From an uncultured archaeon (lineage in GTDB: Archaea > Thermoplasmatota > Thermoplasmata > Thermoplasmatales > Thermoplasmataceae), in assembly GCA_000965745.1 (NCBI GenBank), contig CP009479.1:1568001-1632000 (forward strand): a stretch of 64,000 nt of DNA, written 5' to 3'. Below the pieces are notes generated by a model. The model saw only the letters and a list, made by a program, of their open reading frames with translations. It had not been told where the DNA came from and did not search any database. The stretch's first letter is position 1. Each line of letters starts with the position of its first letter. The translations under genes were made by a program, and so were the position numbers. Of this stretch, positions 1 to 10,248 are shown in pieces.

Positions 1-46
1 CTTGGATTAGTTTTTTTAACAACCTGAATATGTGGTCAGGGATCTG

Positions 47-667
47 ATGATTAAAGGAGTCATATTTGATCTTGACGGAACAATTCTGGATTCGGTTGAT
101 CTTCGGGTAAAAGCTTGGAGATACGCGTTCCAGATGGTTGACATCAGTGTGCCGGGCGATGAAATACGACCGCTGATCGGGCTTCCGGGGGAAAATCTCG
201 CAGGCAGGTATTACAAGTACCCTGACGAAGTTGAGAAAATGGAAGAGCAGTTCTTCAAGAGCCACCTGTCAGAAGCAAGTTTCTACTCTGATGTAGGAGA
301 CACCTTCACTTCTCTGTCTTCAAGAGACATAAATACTGTTATAGTCACATCTTCAAGGAAAGACCTGACCAAGAGGCTGGACATTCCGGTCAACAGGATC
401 GTGACAATCGACGATGTCACAAACGGTAAGCCTGATACTGAACCATATCTCAAAGCTCTTGCTTACATGAAGATTGAGCCTTCTGAGCTCATGGTCGTGG
501 GGGATTCTGAATCTGACCTGATGCCGGCCAAAAAACTGGGGGCGCTTTCTGTTATGGTTCTCCACGGCAGGGACGTTGAAAGCAAGTACGCGGACTACTA
601 CGTTGACGAGATAGGGGACGTAGTCCAGCTTATAGACAAAGTGACCGCGGTTAAATACAGCTTCTAG
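47..667 (+). CDS. HAD-superfamily hydrolase (beta-phosphoglucomutase/phosphatase-like)
   Basis: Motif I FDLDGT, motif III KPD and motif IV GDSxxD; ATG at 47 is the probable start. Confidence 0.9.
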   Translation: MIKGVIFDLDGTILDSVDLRVKAWRYAFQMVDISVPGDEIRPLIGLPGENLAGRYYKYPDEVEKMEEQFFKSHLSEASFYSDVGDTFTSLSSRDINTVIVTSSRKDLTKRLDIPVNRIVTIDDVTNGKPDTEPYLKALAYMKIEPSELMVVGDSESDLMPAKKLGALSVMVLHGRDVESKYADYYVDEIGDVVQLIDKVTAVKYSF

Positions 668-756
668 AGTCAAGCTTCTGCAGGTTAACCGCAGCAACTC
701 TTTTTTTGCCGACTCCGTTCGGGCTAAGATAATCTATCTGGAATCAATACAGTCAT

Positions 757-1053
757 ATGATATTGGCAGAAGTCACCTTCATACCAGTCGATGTTGGAAC
801 ATCCGGTTCCAGGTATGTAAAGATTGCACTGGGCATATTCAAGGATGAAGGGATAAGTTACTATCCCAACAGCATGGGGACAGTACTCGAAGATGAGAGC
901 ATGGACAGGATCCTGGACGTGATCAAAAAGGCGGAAAGCGAGATCATCAGAAATGGTGTAAAGCGACTCGAAACGGCAATCAAAATCGATCATAGGGTGG
1001 ATGTTGAAAACAGCGTATCGAGAAAACTGAAATCCATAGGCGTGGGAAATTAA
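757..1053 (+). CDS. MTH1187/YkoF-family thiamine-binding protein
   Basis: 98 aa with IPV..GTSGS..V, MGTVLE and RLETAIKIDHR pattern. Confidence 0.85.
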   Translation: MILAEVTFIPVDVGTSGSRYVKIALGIFKDEGISYYPNSMGTVLEDESMDRILDVIKKAESEIIRNGVKRLETAIKIDHRVDVENSVSRKLKSIGVGN

Positions 1054-1106
1054 GGTTTCCGTATAGAAATCGCTACAAAACGTTAATAATTAAGAATTGT
1101 TAGAAG

Positions 1107-1574
1107 GTGAGGGAAGGAGGATATAAACTGGTGTCCAAGACGGAAACTGTCACCAGGGAAGCACTCAGCCATCTGCTTATCCTGGAACAGTTAAAAAGTG
1201 GGGATAAATATCCTTATCAGATAATACAGGGAATAACTTCCAAATTCAGCTCTAACTACAAACCCAGCACAGGTGTAGTCTATCCGTCACTGTACAGGAT
1301 GCTGGAAAAAGGTTACATAGTAAAGCGCAAGAGATTCTACCACATAACTGACGAGGGGCTGAAGGTATTCACAGAACAGTATGAAGATTTTCTGGCCAGG
1401 ATTGAAGATTTTTACGAGGAAAAACAGTTTCTCAAGCAGTACCATGAATCTCTGAAAAGATTATCCAGGGTGATTTACCAGACAGACAGGAATTTCATGC
1501 ATGAATATGAGAAAAATATTGTTTCAAAGCTTAACGAGATAGCGGACAAAATCGAAAACATGGATCCCATCTAA
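1107..1574 (+). CDS. PadR-family transcriptional regulator
   Basis: YPYQI...PSTGVVYPSL...YHITDEG winged helix. Confidence 0.9.
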   Translation: MREGGYKLVSKTETVTREALSHLLILEQLKSGDKYPYQIIQGITSKFSSNYKPSTGVVYPSLYRMLEKGYIVKRKRFYHITDEGLKVFTEQYEDFLARIEDFYEEKQFLKQYHESLKRLSRVIYQTDRNFMHEYEKNIVSKLNEIADKIENMDPI

Positions 1575-1587
1575 AACTTTCTTTCAA

Positions 1588-1772
1588 CTCCAGTGGGCGA
1601 GAAATCTCATTCAGAAAGGAGGGGATGAACACGGATATTTATTTACGGCATTCAGATCTAATGGATGTCCACATGCAGACATAAGTGAAGGTGGTCGATT
1701 CAAGCCCATGGAGATTCCGCCAGCAACCGTTGAAGTGGAAACCTCCCTTCTAGAGATGGGGGAGGAGATCAC
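1588..1772 (+). mobile_element. Non-autonomous IS200/IS605 derivative (PATE/MITE-like, 185 bp) with omegaRNA-like right end
   Basis: Left end ctccagtgggcgagaaatc...aaaggaggggatg resembles the left end at 8553 and follows TTCAA; right end ...gggggaggagatcac resembles ...ggggaggatgtcac at 10268. Confidence 0.7.
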
Positions 1773-1804
1773 CCATTTAGTAAACCTATAAATATCAAGT
1801 TCAA

Positions 1805-1820
1805 CTATCGAAATCGATAG
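1805..1820. promoter_or_regulatory. Palindromic operator CTATCGA-AA-TCGATAG (probable PadR site)
   Basis: Perfect 7-bp inverted repeat between a TATA-like box (~1787-1794) and the TTG start; a degenerate copy lies at 1061-1076 upstream of padR. Confidence 0.6.
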
Positions 1821-1822
1821 AT

Positions 1823-2818
1823 TTGCCGGGCAATATTATAGAAACAAAAGATCTGACCAAGATTTACAAGGGAAATATCAGGGCAGTAGACTCACTCAAT
1901 ATTCAAATAAAGGAAGGTGAAGTTTATGGCTTGCTTGGCCCAAACGGTGCGGGAAAGAGGACTACCATCAACATGCTTATCACCAGAATATCCCCCACAT
2001 CCGGTACAGCATCCGTTGACGGCTTTGATATCGTCAAGGAATCCCTGCAGGTTAGAAAAACCATAGGTGTAGTGCCTCAGGACTTAACTGCTGATGAAGA
2101 TCTTACCGGAAGGGAGAATCTTGTCATGGTTTCACAATTCTATGATGTACCCAAGCCAACGGCAGAGGACAGGATCAGGCAGCTACTCAAGCTTGTAGAC
2201 CTTGAAGATGCGGCCGACAGATATGTAAACACTTATTCTGGCGGGATGAGAAAGAGGCTGGAGCTTATACTGGGGCTAGTGCACGACCCAAAGATACTTT
2301 TTCTTGATGAGCCAACCCTGGGGCTTGACATTCAGACCAGGACACAAATGTGGGATTACGTCAGGGAGATACAGGAAAGGCTGAATGTAACGATTATTCT
2401 AACCTCCCATTATCTGGAGGAAATAGATGCACTGGCAGATATGGTATCAATTATAGATCATGGGAAAGTGCTTATAACGGGAACACCCGAGGAGCTGAAG
2501 GAATCGCTAAAAGGGGATATTATAACAATCACACTGAAGGACGAGGCGAATGTAGAAGTGATGAAGAAAGTTCCTAATGTTGTGGAGGTCACAGAACATG
2601 GCCCCAACACGCTTCGGATAAAGGTTGTAAACGCAGACGAATCACTGCCCGATATAATCAACTACATTTCAAAGAACGGCCTTTCAACCAACAAACTGAC
2701 TGTTCAGAAGCCAACACTCGATGAAGTTTTCCTTGAGTACACGGGAAGGAACATAAGGTCAGAGGAACCTGCAGACGCCAGAAAAATGATGATGAATATG
2801 AGGAGGATGAGAAGATGA
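1823..2818 (+). CDS. DrrA-type ABC transporter ATP-binding protein
   Basis: GPNGAGK, YSGGM signature, LFLDEPT, SHY; C-terminal PTLDEVF. Confidence 0.95.
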   Translation: MPGNIIETKDLTKIYKGNIRAVDSLNIQIKEGEVYGLLGPNGAGKRTTINMLITRISPTSGTASVDGFDIVKESLQVRKTIGVVPQDLTADEDLTGRENLVMVSQFYDVPKPTAEDRIRQLLKLVDLEDAADRYVNTYSGGMRKRLELILGLVHDPKILFLDEPTLGLDIQTRTQMWDYVREIQERLNVTIILTSHYLEEIDALADMVSIIDHGKVLITGTPEELKESLKGDIITITLKDEANVEVMKKVPNVVEVTEHGPNTLRIKVVNADESLPDIINYISKNGLSTNKLTVQKPTLDEVFLEYTGRNIRSEEPADARKMMMNMRRMRR

Positions 2819-3621
2819 GTGGAATCGGGCCCTTAACCGTAAGGGAACTGAAGAAATGGTACAGGAATCCTGTCTTTTTCGTTACCGGGCTACTGCAGCC
2901 GTTTTTCTGGATCGCCCTGTTTGGAAGTGCATTTGACATCACTAAGTTCTTCCCGCAGGCAAGCGAACTTGTTCTTGGAGGGGCTCCAAACTACATAACA
3001 TACATAGTGGGAGGTGTCCTGACAATTTCCGGTTTATTCACTGCAATGTTTGCAGGGACAAATATAATTTTCGACAGGAGGCTCGGGCCAATGGGGAGGT
3101 TCCTGTCTTCCCCAATAAGGAGAAGTTCAATAGTCTTCTCAAAGGTCTTTTCATCGGTCATAAGAATACTTCCTCAGATACTGATCCTAATTGCTGCGGC
3201 GATCATCATACCCAACGGCCTCAAATTTGCGAACGGGTTTACCGTCCCTGACGCGCTGGTTCTGCTTACTGCCATAATTCTCATATCCCTGATTTTCTCG
3301 TCAATCTTCAGTGCCATCGCCATCCGGATGACCAACATGAACTCCATCTTCGGAATCGTTAACCTTGTCAATCTGCCGCTTCTATTCGTGAGCTATGCCA
3401 TGTTTTCGTCAGAAATGATGGCAGGTTGGCTTGCAGACATTGCGAAATACAATCCGGTTTCATGGTCTGCCGAGTCAATAAGAATGGTCATCATAAACGG
3501 CAGTAATATGACCATGTCACAATGGGGGCAGATAGGAGAATGGCTTGGGGGACTCGCAGTGCTTGCTGTAAGCCTGACTCTTCTTACTGCTTATCTGGCA
3601 GAGAAGGAGATTAGAGACTAG
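2815..3621 (+). CDS. ABC-2 type permease
   Basis: About six TM segments, DRRLG...LSSP and NP motif; overlaps the ATPase stop codon. Confidence 0.92.
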   Translation: MSGIGPLTVRELKKWYRNPVFFVTGLLQPFFWIALFGSAFDITKFFPQASELVLGGAPNYITYIVGGVLTISGLFTAMFAGTNIIFDRRLGPMGRFLSSPIRRSSIVFSKVFSSVIRILPQILILIAAAIIIPNGLKFANGFTVPDALVLLTAIILISLIFSSIFSAIAIRMTNMNSIFGIVNLVNLPLLFVSYAMFSSEMMAGWLADIAKYNPVSWSAESIRMVIINGSNMTMSQWGQIGEWLGGLAVLAVSLTLLTAYLAEKEIRD

Positions 3622-3647
3622 AATATCAGAAACTTCAGGTGCAGTGA

Positions 3648-4124
3648 TTGAAAGAGAGGGATTATGCCAACAGGGTCATGTTCATGCTTTCGTTCAGGGA
3701 GATGTCTGGCTATCAGCTCTCCAAGAACATACATCACCATGGGGAACAGATATCCAGCGGAACCCTGGTACCCATACTTAGAAACCTTGAATCTGCAGGT
3801 CTGATCACTTACAGGAGAAGTGGCAAACGAAAAATTTACGGCCTCACTGACAAGGGAAGGATATACACCCAATCCCTTAGAGAGATAGGCGACGAGCTCA
3901 AGAAAAAGATGTTCGTTGAGAGCGTGGATCAGAACCTGCTTTACTACGATATACTCACGAACTATGAGGACGTAGAGGCAATAAAGAAAGTCCTGGATAA
4001 GCTCGGGGATTTGCTGCTTGAGGTTATTCGAGCAGGATTCAGGTTGGAGAAGAAAAGTTCACCTGATGAACTGGACAAGCTTGAAAGGGAGATAAGATAC
4101 GTGCTGGAGACGAAGAAAACATGA
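3648..4124 (+). CDS. PadR-family transcriptional regulator
   Basis: SGYQL...SSGTLVPIL...RKIYGLTDKG. Confidence 0.88.
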   Translation: MKERDYANRVMFMLSFREMSGYQLSKNIHHHGEQISSGTLVPILRNLESAGLITYRRSGKRKIYGLTDKGRIYTQSLREIGDELKKKMFVESVDQNLLYYDILTNYEDVEAIKKVLDKLGDLLLEVIRAGFRLEKKSSPDELDKLEREIRYVLETKKT

Positions 4125-5587
4125 GTTACGGCTACCCTGAAATGAAATCTCCAAAAGTAGAGAACCATGAGGGCATAACTATCGGAATCCTGGCGTTCAT
4201 GGGGATACTCATCACTTATGTCGAGACAATGATAACGCCTGCTCTCCCTGTTTTTGTAAACGTATTCAATACAAATTATGACACGCTCTCATGGGTCCTA
4301 ACCGCTTACATAATTACAGGAACCACTGCAGCGGCCTTGTTCGGTAAGCTCGCAGACATAGTGGGCAAGAAAAAGATCTTTCTGTCTCTCGCAATAGTCT
4401 ACGCACTGGCAGTCAGTTTCGGGGGGTTCGTCAACACGATCGGCGAGCTTATTGCGGTCAGGGCAGTACAAGGCCTGGGTTTTGGGATGTTCCCCATCGC
4501 ATTTGCAGTACTTAACGATCAGGTGCCCAGGGAAAGGCTTGCCCTGGCCCAGGGCATCATCAGCTCAACATTCGCGGGCGGATCAGCAGTCGGCCTGGTG
4601 GGCGGAGCATACATAACACAGAATTTTGGCTGGGAGTGGTCCTATCACTCCGCAATACCCCTTGCTTTCGGCCTTGTCATTTTCGCCGCATTGTTCCTCA
4701 AGGATTATTCTGTCCCGAGGAAGGAAAAAATAGATTTTCTGGGAATAGGGTCACTTGCTATTGGCCTTACAACCCTGATTTTCGGCCTGTCGGAAGGCCA
4801 GTATCTTGGATGGTCATCTCCTGAAATCATTGGAATTTTTTCAGGCTCGCTGTTATCATTCATCGTGTTTGCATGGGCGGAGTCACACGTTGAGAAACCG
4901 TTCATAGACATTAATCTGCTCAAGATCAGGAATGTGTTCCTTGCGAACTTTACCGGGCTGTTTGCGCTTGCGGCCCTCTTCTTCTTGTTCTACTCAATAC
5001 CCCCGTTGCTTCAGGACCCATCTCCAGCAGGTTTTGGCCAATCAATATTCAGGTCCGGGCTGGTTCTTCTTCCAGCATCAATACTGACCATGGTTTTTGC
5101 TTCGGTTGCTGCAAAGGTAACGACAAACCGCGGGCCAAAAGTGGCAATTCTCATCGGGAGCATCATCCTTTTCTTTGCATACCTGGGGCTCCTCTTCAAT
5201 AGAGGCTCAATAGTATCAATTTCTGAGGATTCCGCAATTCTTGGCATCGGAATGTCATTCATATTTGTGGGCGTGATAAACATACTGCTAATCTCCATAC
5301 CTGTTTCAAGGTCGGGAGAGGCAACGGGAATGAACGTAGTCTTCAGGAACATAGGGATGTCAATCGCTCCGGCAATAGGCGGCGTTCTTGAAACAGTTTA
5401 CACAACCAACGTTGTGGTGGGGTATCTTCCATACAAACTGGGGCAGCTTCCTGTTGTTCCTATAATGACTTCGTTCCCATCCACAAGGGCTTTTGACTCC
5501 ATATATCTCGTGGGCATTGTGTTTCTTGTAGCCGCAATAATATTTACACTGATGATGAAAAACATCATAGTTGGAAAAGGTAGGTAA
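4121..5587 (+). CDS. MFS drug:H+ antiporter (14-TM, DHA2-like)
   Basis: GKLADIVGKK motif A, RAVQG and many TM helices. Confidence 0.92.
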   Translation: MSYGYPEMKSPKVENHEGITIGILAFMGILITYVETMITPALPVFVNVFNTNYDTLSWVLTAYIITGTTAAALFGKLADIVGKKKIFLSLAIVYALAVSFGGFVNTIGELIAVRAVQGLGFGMFPIAFAVLNDQVPRERLALAQGIISSTFAGGSAVGLVGGAYITQNFGWEWSYHSAIPLAFGLVIFAALFLKDYSVPRKEKIDFLGIGSLAIGLTTLIFGLSEGQYLGWSSPEIIGIFSGSLLSFIVFAWAESHVEKPFIDINLLKIRNVFLANFTGLFALAALFFLFYSIPPLLQDPSPAGFGQSIFRSGLVLLPASILTMVFASVAAKVTTNRGPKVAILIGSIILFFAYLGLLFNRGSIVSISEDSAILGIGMSFIFVGVINILLISIPVSRSGEATGMNVVFRNIGMSIAPAIGGVLETVYTTNVVVGYLPYKLGQLPVVPIMTSFPSTRAFDSIYLVGIVFLVAAIIFTLMMKNIIVGKGR

Positions 5588-5589
5588 AA

Positions 5590-7329
5590 ATGAAAAAAAG
5601 TATAGTATCTCTGGTTTTAGTAATGCTGGCATCCACTGCATTTTTTGGACTGGCAGGACATGCTGAAGCTGCAACTGCCCCATCCGGGACAGTTAGTGTG
5701 ACGGGCGTGTCATGGTTTTCGCCAAATTCCACAAATCAGGCAGTCCCCGGTATGGATAACATCCCGCTCTTTGTAACATTCTTCAACGCCCAGGCTCTCA
5801 CAAACGTGTCTGTGCACGTCAACCTGACTGCCTATGCAGCTGGAGTTTTCAGCTACAGTTACATCATCGGCCCGGACAAACAGGTGAATGAAGTCTACAA
5901 TTTTCCTGCACTCCCTGCTCAGAGCACAACAACGGTTGAACAGACAGTGAACATATCCGGCAACGCGCCTAATGGAATCTACGTGGAGAACCTGAGCTTC
6001 TCATACGGAAACTCCACCACAACATACTATGGGAATGCATCATTCAATCTTCCACTTGCGGGATCTGTAAACATTGTTTCACCGACCGCATATTTCGGAT
6101 CGCAGTCTTCACCTATTGCAGGAACTCCAGGAATGAGCAATGTGCCAGTGACAGTAATGCTGGAGAACACCGGGACTGCGGCTGCAACCAATGTAACTGT
6201 CTCCTACGCGCCATCAGGGAGCCTTTCCGGATTGGCACAGCATACCACAATTTCCGCTATACCTTCATTCGGCGTGATTCCGGTTACATTCATCGCGTCC
6301 GTCTCGGATAACGCCACAGTAACGCAGGCCTATAGCCAGAATCTCACAGTCTCATACTACGGAACATCCCACAAAGTTCAATTCCTGCTGCCCATAACCG
6401 GCTCATCAAAGCTGTCAATAATCAACTACTTCACAAACCCGCCCGTGATATTCCAGGATGAGAAATTCATAAGCCTCACACTTGTCACAGAGAACTCAGG
6501 AAGCTCCTTCGCAAAGAACGTATCGGTATCTTTGGCTTCCAGCAGGTTCGATGTGCTGACGAACCCTTACAACCTGTCATACTACCCTTCAGGCAGCATC
6601 CAGCATTTCACTTTCCTGATAAGCGCAAAGAACTACACCGGGATGTCGGATCTAACCGTAACCCTCGGTAAGACAACACTGGGAATATCACTCAATCTGC
6701 GTTCACATGGAAGCTTTGGAATCGCAGCAAGCATACCCGACCTTCATACAGGGGTGAATAACCAGCTTCTGTCATTCAACATAACCAATACCGGCGTCAC
6801 TACCCTTTACGACTTCTCTCTGCACCTGCTCTCCCCCAGTGTCATATCACTCCATATCCCGACTTCCAACCCACTTGCAGCACTCACTGAAACAAACGTG
6901 ACATTCGCCCAGATCAATCCGGGCCAGACTGTGACGGCGACATTCCTCGTGGATACAAGCGGCTCTGCCCAGTTTGAGACATATCCGGCGCAGCTCGCAA
7001 TAAGCTGGAGGTTGAACAACTCTGTTAGCCCGTTCTACCACACCTACAATTTCAACGAGAAAGTGACGCCTACAGGCATACAGAACCTGCAGGGTGTTTT
7101 CACATTCACTCCGTTGAACATCGCAGTTCTGGCTCTCATAGTCGCTCTCGTCATTGGCCTGGTCGCATTTGCAGGTAGGAGCAGAAAACTAAAGAAAGAA
7201 GCCGATCAGCTCAGGAAAGAAAAGAAGAGCGAGGAACTTAAGCAGCTCCCCCACAAAGACTCAAACGGAAATGATCAGCTCTCCAGAATAATCGGGAGCG
7301 CGGACGAAAATCAGAAAAGGGGCAGGTAA
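5590..7329 (+). CDS. S-layer-type (COG1361-like) surface protein
   Basis: Signal peptide, repeated N(T/S)G..A.NV.V Ig-like modules, N-glycosylation sequons, C-terminal TM and charged tail. Confidence 0.75.
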   Translation: MKKSIVSLVLVMLASTAFFGLAGHAEAATAPSGTVSVTGVSWFSPNSTNQAVPGMDNIPLFVTFFNAQALTNVSVHVNLTAYAAGVFSYSYIIGPDKQVNEVYNFPALPAQSTTTVEQTVNISGNAPNGIYVENLSFSYGNSTTTYYGNASFNLPLAGSVNIVSPTAYFGSQSSPIAGTPGMSNVPVTVMLENTGTAAATNVTVSYAPSGSLSGLAQHTTISAIPSFGVIPVTFIASVSDNATVTQAYSQNLTVSYYGTSHKVQFLLPITGSSKLSIINYFTNPPVIFQDEKFISLTLVTENSGSSFAKNVSVSLASSRFDVLTNPYNLSYYPSGSIQHFTFLISAKNYTGMSDLTVTLGKTTLGISLNLRSHGSFGIAASIPDLHTGVNNQLLSFNITNTGVTTLYDFSLHLLSPSVISLHIPTSNPLAALTETNVTFAQINPGQTVTATFLVDTSGSAQFETYPAQLAISWRLNNSVSPFYHTYNFNEKVTPTGIQNLQGVFTFTPLNIAVLALIVALVIGLVAFAGRSRKLKKEADQLRKEKKSEELKQLPHKDSNGNDQLSRIIGSADENQKRGR

Positions 7330-7374
7330 GATTTTCCTGCCAACATTTATTACGCACTGAAAATAGGGGTATAT

Positions 7375-8529
7375 ATGAGCGAGGTTCAGGGCAAGGCATC
7401 CAACGGCATGATCAGCATTGAAAGGTCAGGCAGCGAAGTAATCGCCATGGACTCTGAGGGGAGGCTTCTTTACTTCAGCAGTGGTTCCGAGACCTGGAAA
7501 CGGTCCTTGGGCAACAGGTATACACAGATCGGCTGGGAGGGTGAAAAACGGATAATCAGGAAATTGTCCGAAGAAGAAGGTGCCGGGGTTTACAGCAAAG
7601 CAATGAATTTCCTCCGGGAAGTCTCGCATGAAATAGATCAGGCAGATCTTTCCCGGGCAGTTTCATATATTCTGTCCAAGGACGAGAAATGGATGGCAGA
7701 AGACTCCAGGAAGTTTGAGGAAATCTACGGCGGGAAGTTTCCCATTATACCGCAGGATCAGAGGTTCTCAGCATATTTTCAACTGACCGCAGGCTCCACC
7801 TGGAATAACTGCACATTTGCGTCTCCTGGTGTTGAGATCTCACAGCGGGATGAGGATGACTTCATTAGCCACATAAACAGGGTCAAGGATCAGTTCGGAA
7901 AGGGTATGGAACTACGAAGGGGAGCATTCCTGGGCGATGTGTCTGCATTGAACTCTGAGCAGAAACCGCTTCTGAAGGCTATGGACATAATAAGGGAGCA
8001 GACCTCGCTTCCATTGTACACATTTGTAGAGGCGTTCTCTGTGCCAAAGAAAAAGAACATGATACATTATCAGGACATGAAAAGGCATGGGCTTTCAAGG
8101 GTTTACGTAGGAGTCCAGTCAGGGAGCGTCAGCCTGCTCAGGCACTTTGAGGCGCTCAAGAATGTATCCGAAATACTGAATCTTGTCAACAACCTCAAGA
8201 ATTCAGGAATAAGTGTTGGCCTGATTGTCCTTGCAGGCTATGGTGGATTCAAGCACTCGAACGATCATATAAACGAAACTGCTGCAATAATTTCCCAGAT
8301 GGATCTGGATGAAGGTGATATCATCTATATCTCCCCCATGGACGAGCAGGATGATCCAAGGTATGCTGCACTTGTCAAGGAGGGAACATTTGATGTAATG
8401 GACCATGAAGCAATGAAGGATCAAGCTGATATGCTTGAAAATAAGATAAAAGAGGAATTCCAAGCTTCAAACAGGATCGAGTTGAAAACACAGATCTCGA
8501 GGCACGACATAAGGGAAGGAATTTATTGA
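7375..8529 (+). CDS. Radical-SAM-fold protein with degenerate CxxxCxxC
   Basis: QLTAGSTWNNCTFA at the cluster motif; AFLGD and RVYVGVQSG are retained. Confidence 0.75.
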   Translation: MSEVQGKASNGMISIERSGSEVIAMDSEGRLLYFSSGSETWKRSLGNRYTQIGWEGEKRIIRKLSEEEGAGVYSKAMNFLREVSHEIDQADLSRAVSYILSKDEKWMAEDSRKFEEIYGGKFPIIPQDQRFSAYFQLTAGSTWNNCTFASPGVEISQRDEDDFISHINRVKDQFGKGMELRRGAFLGDVSALNSEQKPLLKAMDIIREQTSLPLYTFVEAFSVPKKKNMIHYQDMKRHGLSRVYVGVQSGSVSLLRHFEALKNVSEILNLVNNLKNSGISVGLIVLAGYGGFKHSNDHINETAAIISQMDLDEGDIIYISPMDEQDDPRYAALVKEGTFDVMDHEAMKDQADMLENKIKEEFQASNRIELKTQISRHDIREGIY

Positions 8530-8633
8530 AAGGGACTTGTTCCAGACTTTAACAAAATTGAGCGGGAAATCCCCTTCCGAAAGGGAGGGGATTAAAGCGA
8601 AATCCTTATGGTTGATAAGGAAATAGTATAACT

Positions 8634-9056
8634 ATGTCCCATGACCTCGACAGGGGGGCTCATTCGGTTTACTCCCTATATTACCACTTCATTCAGGTGG
8701 TGAAGTACCGGAGGGAAGTTTTCGTAAATGATGAGCTTGTGGATTTCCTCAAAACAAAGGTCAGGGAGATAGCGGATAGATTCAGTGTCGAGGTTGTTTC
8801 AATAGAATGCGACAGAGATCATTTCCACATGCTCTTCAAGGGAACGCCCGTTCTGAGGATCACTGAATTTGTGAATGCAGTGAAGACCATCACATCGAGG
8901 GAAATACAGAGAAGATTCCCCGAAGTGAAGAAGGTTCTGTGGAAGGGCAAAATGTGGGCGCCATCTTACTTTCTGGCGACATCGGGGCAGGTAACATTGC
9001 CTGTAATGATGAAGTATGTTGAATCGCAGGAGGCTAAGAGAACTGAAAGCGTATAG
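8634..9056 (+). CDS. tnpA: IS200-type Y1 (HUH) transposase
   Basis: HFHML HUH motif, W..SYF and catalytic YVESQ. Confidence 0.95.
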   Translation: MSHDLDRGAHSVYSLYYHFIQVVKYRREVFVNDELVDFLKTKVREIADRFSVEVVSIECDRDHFHMLFKGTPVLRITEFVNAVKTITSREIQRRFPEVKKVLWKGKMWAPSYFLATSGQVTLPVMMKYVESQEAKRTESV

Positions 9057-10248
9057 GTTCAGGCTGTACCCGTCTGCGGAGCAGGAAGAAATGCTCAACG
9101 AACAGCTGAAACTCTGCAGAGATCTATACAACGCATTCCTGCTTGAGAGGAGGTACGCATACGGGGGATCAAGGAAATCCCTCACGTACAATCATCAGCA
9201 GAACGAGATACCTGAACTGAAGAATGCTTTTGAAGAATACAAAGAGATTCACTCACAGGTACTGCAGGATGTTGCCAGAAGAGTGGACAGAGCGTACCAG
9301 AACTTCTATAGAAGAATCAGAGAGAAAAAACAGGGAATCAAAAAGAAGGCCGGATTCCCAAGACTGAAAGGGAAAGGCCAGTACAAGTCTCTCACATACC
9401 CTCAGTCAGGATTCCGCCTGATGAATAACGGTCACCTGAAACTCTCAAAGATCGGAAGAGTGAGAATGTTCATGCACCGTGATATTGAGGGCGAGATCAG
9501 GACACTCAACATCTCACGTGACAGCACAGGAAAATGGTATGCTTCATTCTCCGTGAAGCAGGAGATTGTTGCCCTTCAGCCAGAGAAGACGGGCAACAGC
9601 ATCGGGATCGATGCTGGGCTGTTGCATCTTGCAACGATGAGTGACGGTAACACTGTGAAACCTCCTCAATTCCTGAAGAAGGGAGAGAAGAGGATCAAAA
9701 AGGCACAGAGGAAACTGTCACGCAGGAAGAAAGGTTCAAACAACAGACGGAAAGCAAAGATCAATCTCTCGAAGCAACATGAAAGAGTGAAAAATCAGAG
9801 AGAGGACTTTGCACACAAGCTGTCAAGCCAGATCGTGAAGAACAACGATCTGATCGCCTTCGAGGATCTGTATGTAACAGGAATGATGAAGAACCATCAT
9901 CTGGCAAAGAGCATAGCGGATGCTTCATGGAGCACCATCGTACAGTACACAACCTACAAGGCTGGGAGTGCCGGTAAGAGTGTGGTGATGGTTGATCCAG
10001 GAAACACATCTATGGAATGCTCAAATTATGGATATAAGAAGAAAGAGCTGAAACTCTCAACAAGAGTGTTCAGGTGCGATAATTGTGGCTATGAGATCGA
10101 CAGGGATCTCAATGCAGCGATCAACATCCATAACAGAGGATTGGAAAAGGTAGGGAGGGGCACTCCCGAAGTTACGCCTGTGGAGACTGGAGTCCAACTA
10201 TCCTTCCGGATGGTTCAGCCGGTCAGGGAAGCAGGAAGCCCCGTCTGA
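9016..10248 (+). CDS. tnpB: RNA-guided endonuclease TnpB
   Basis: YRFRLYP HTH, RuvC D (GIDAG), E (FEDL) and D (DRDLNAA), C-terminal zinc ribbon. Confidence 0.95.
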   Translation: MLNRRRLRELKAYRFRLYPSAEQEEMLNEQLKLCRDLYNAFLLERRYAYGGSRKSLTYNHQQNEIPELKNAFEEYKEIHSQVLQDVARRVDRAYQNFYRRIREKKQGIKKKAGFPRLKGKGQYKSLTYPQSGFRLMNNGHLKLSKIGRVRMFMHRDIEGEIRTLNISRDSTGKWYASFSVKQEIVALQPEKTGNSIGIDAGLLHLATMSDGNTVKPPQFLKKGEKRIKKAQRKLSRRKKGSNNRRKAKINLSKQHERVKNQREDFAHKLSSQIVKNNDLIAFEDLYVTGMMKNHHLAKSIADASWSTIVQYTTYKAGSAGKSVVMVDPGNTSMECSNYGYKKKELKLSTRVFRCDNCGYEIDRDLNAAINIHNRGLEKVGRGTPEVTPVETGVQLSFRMVQPVREAGSPV

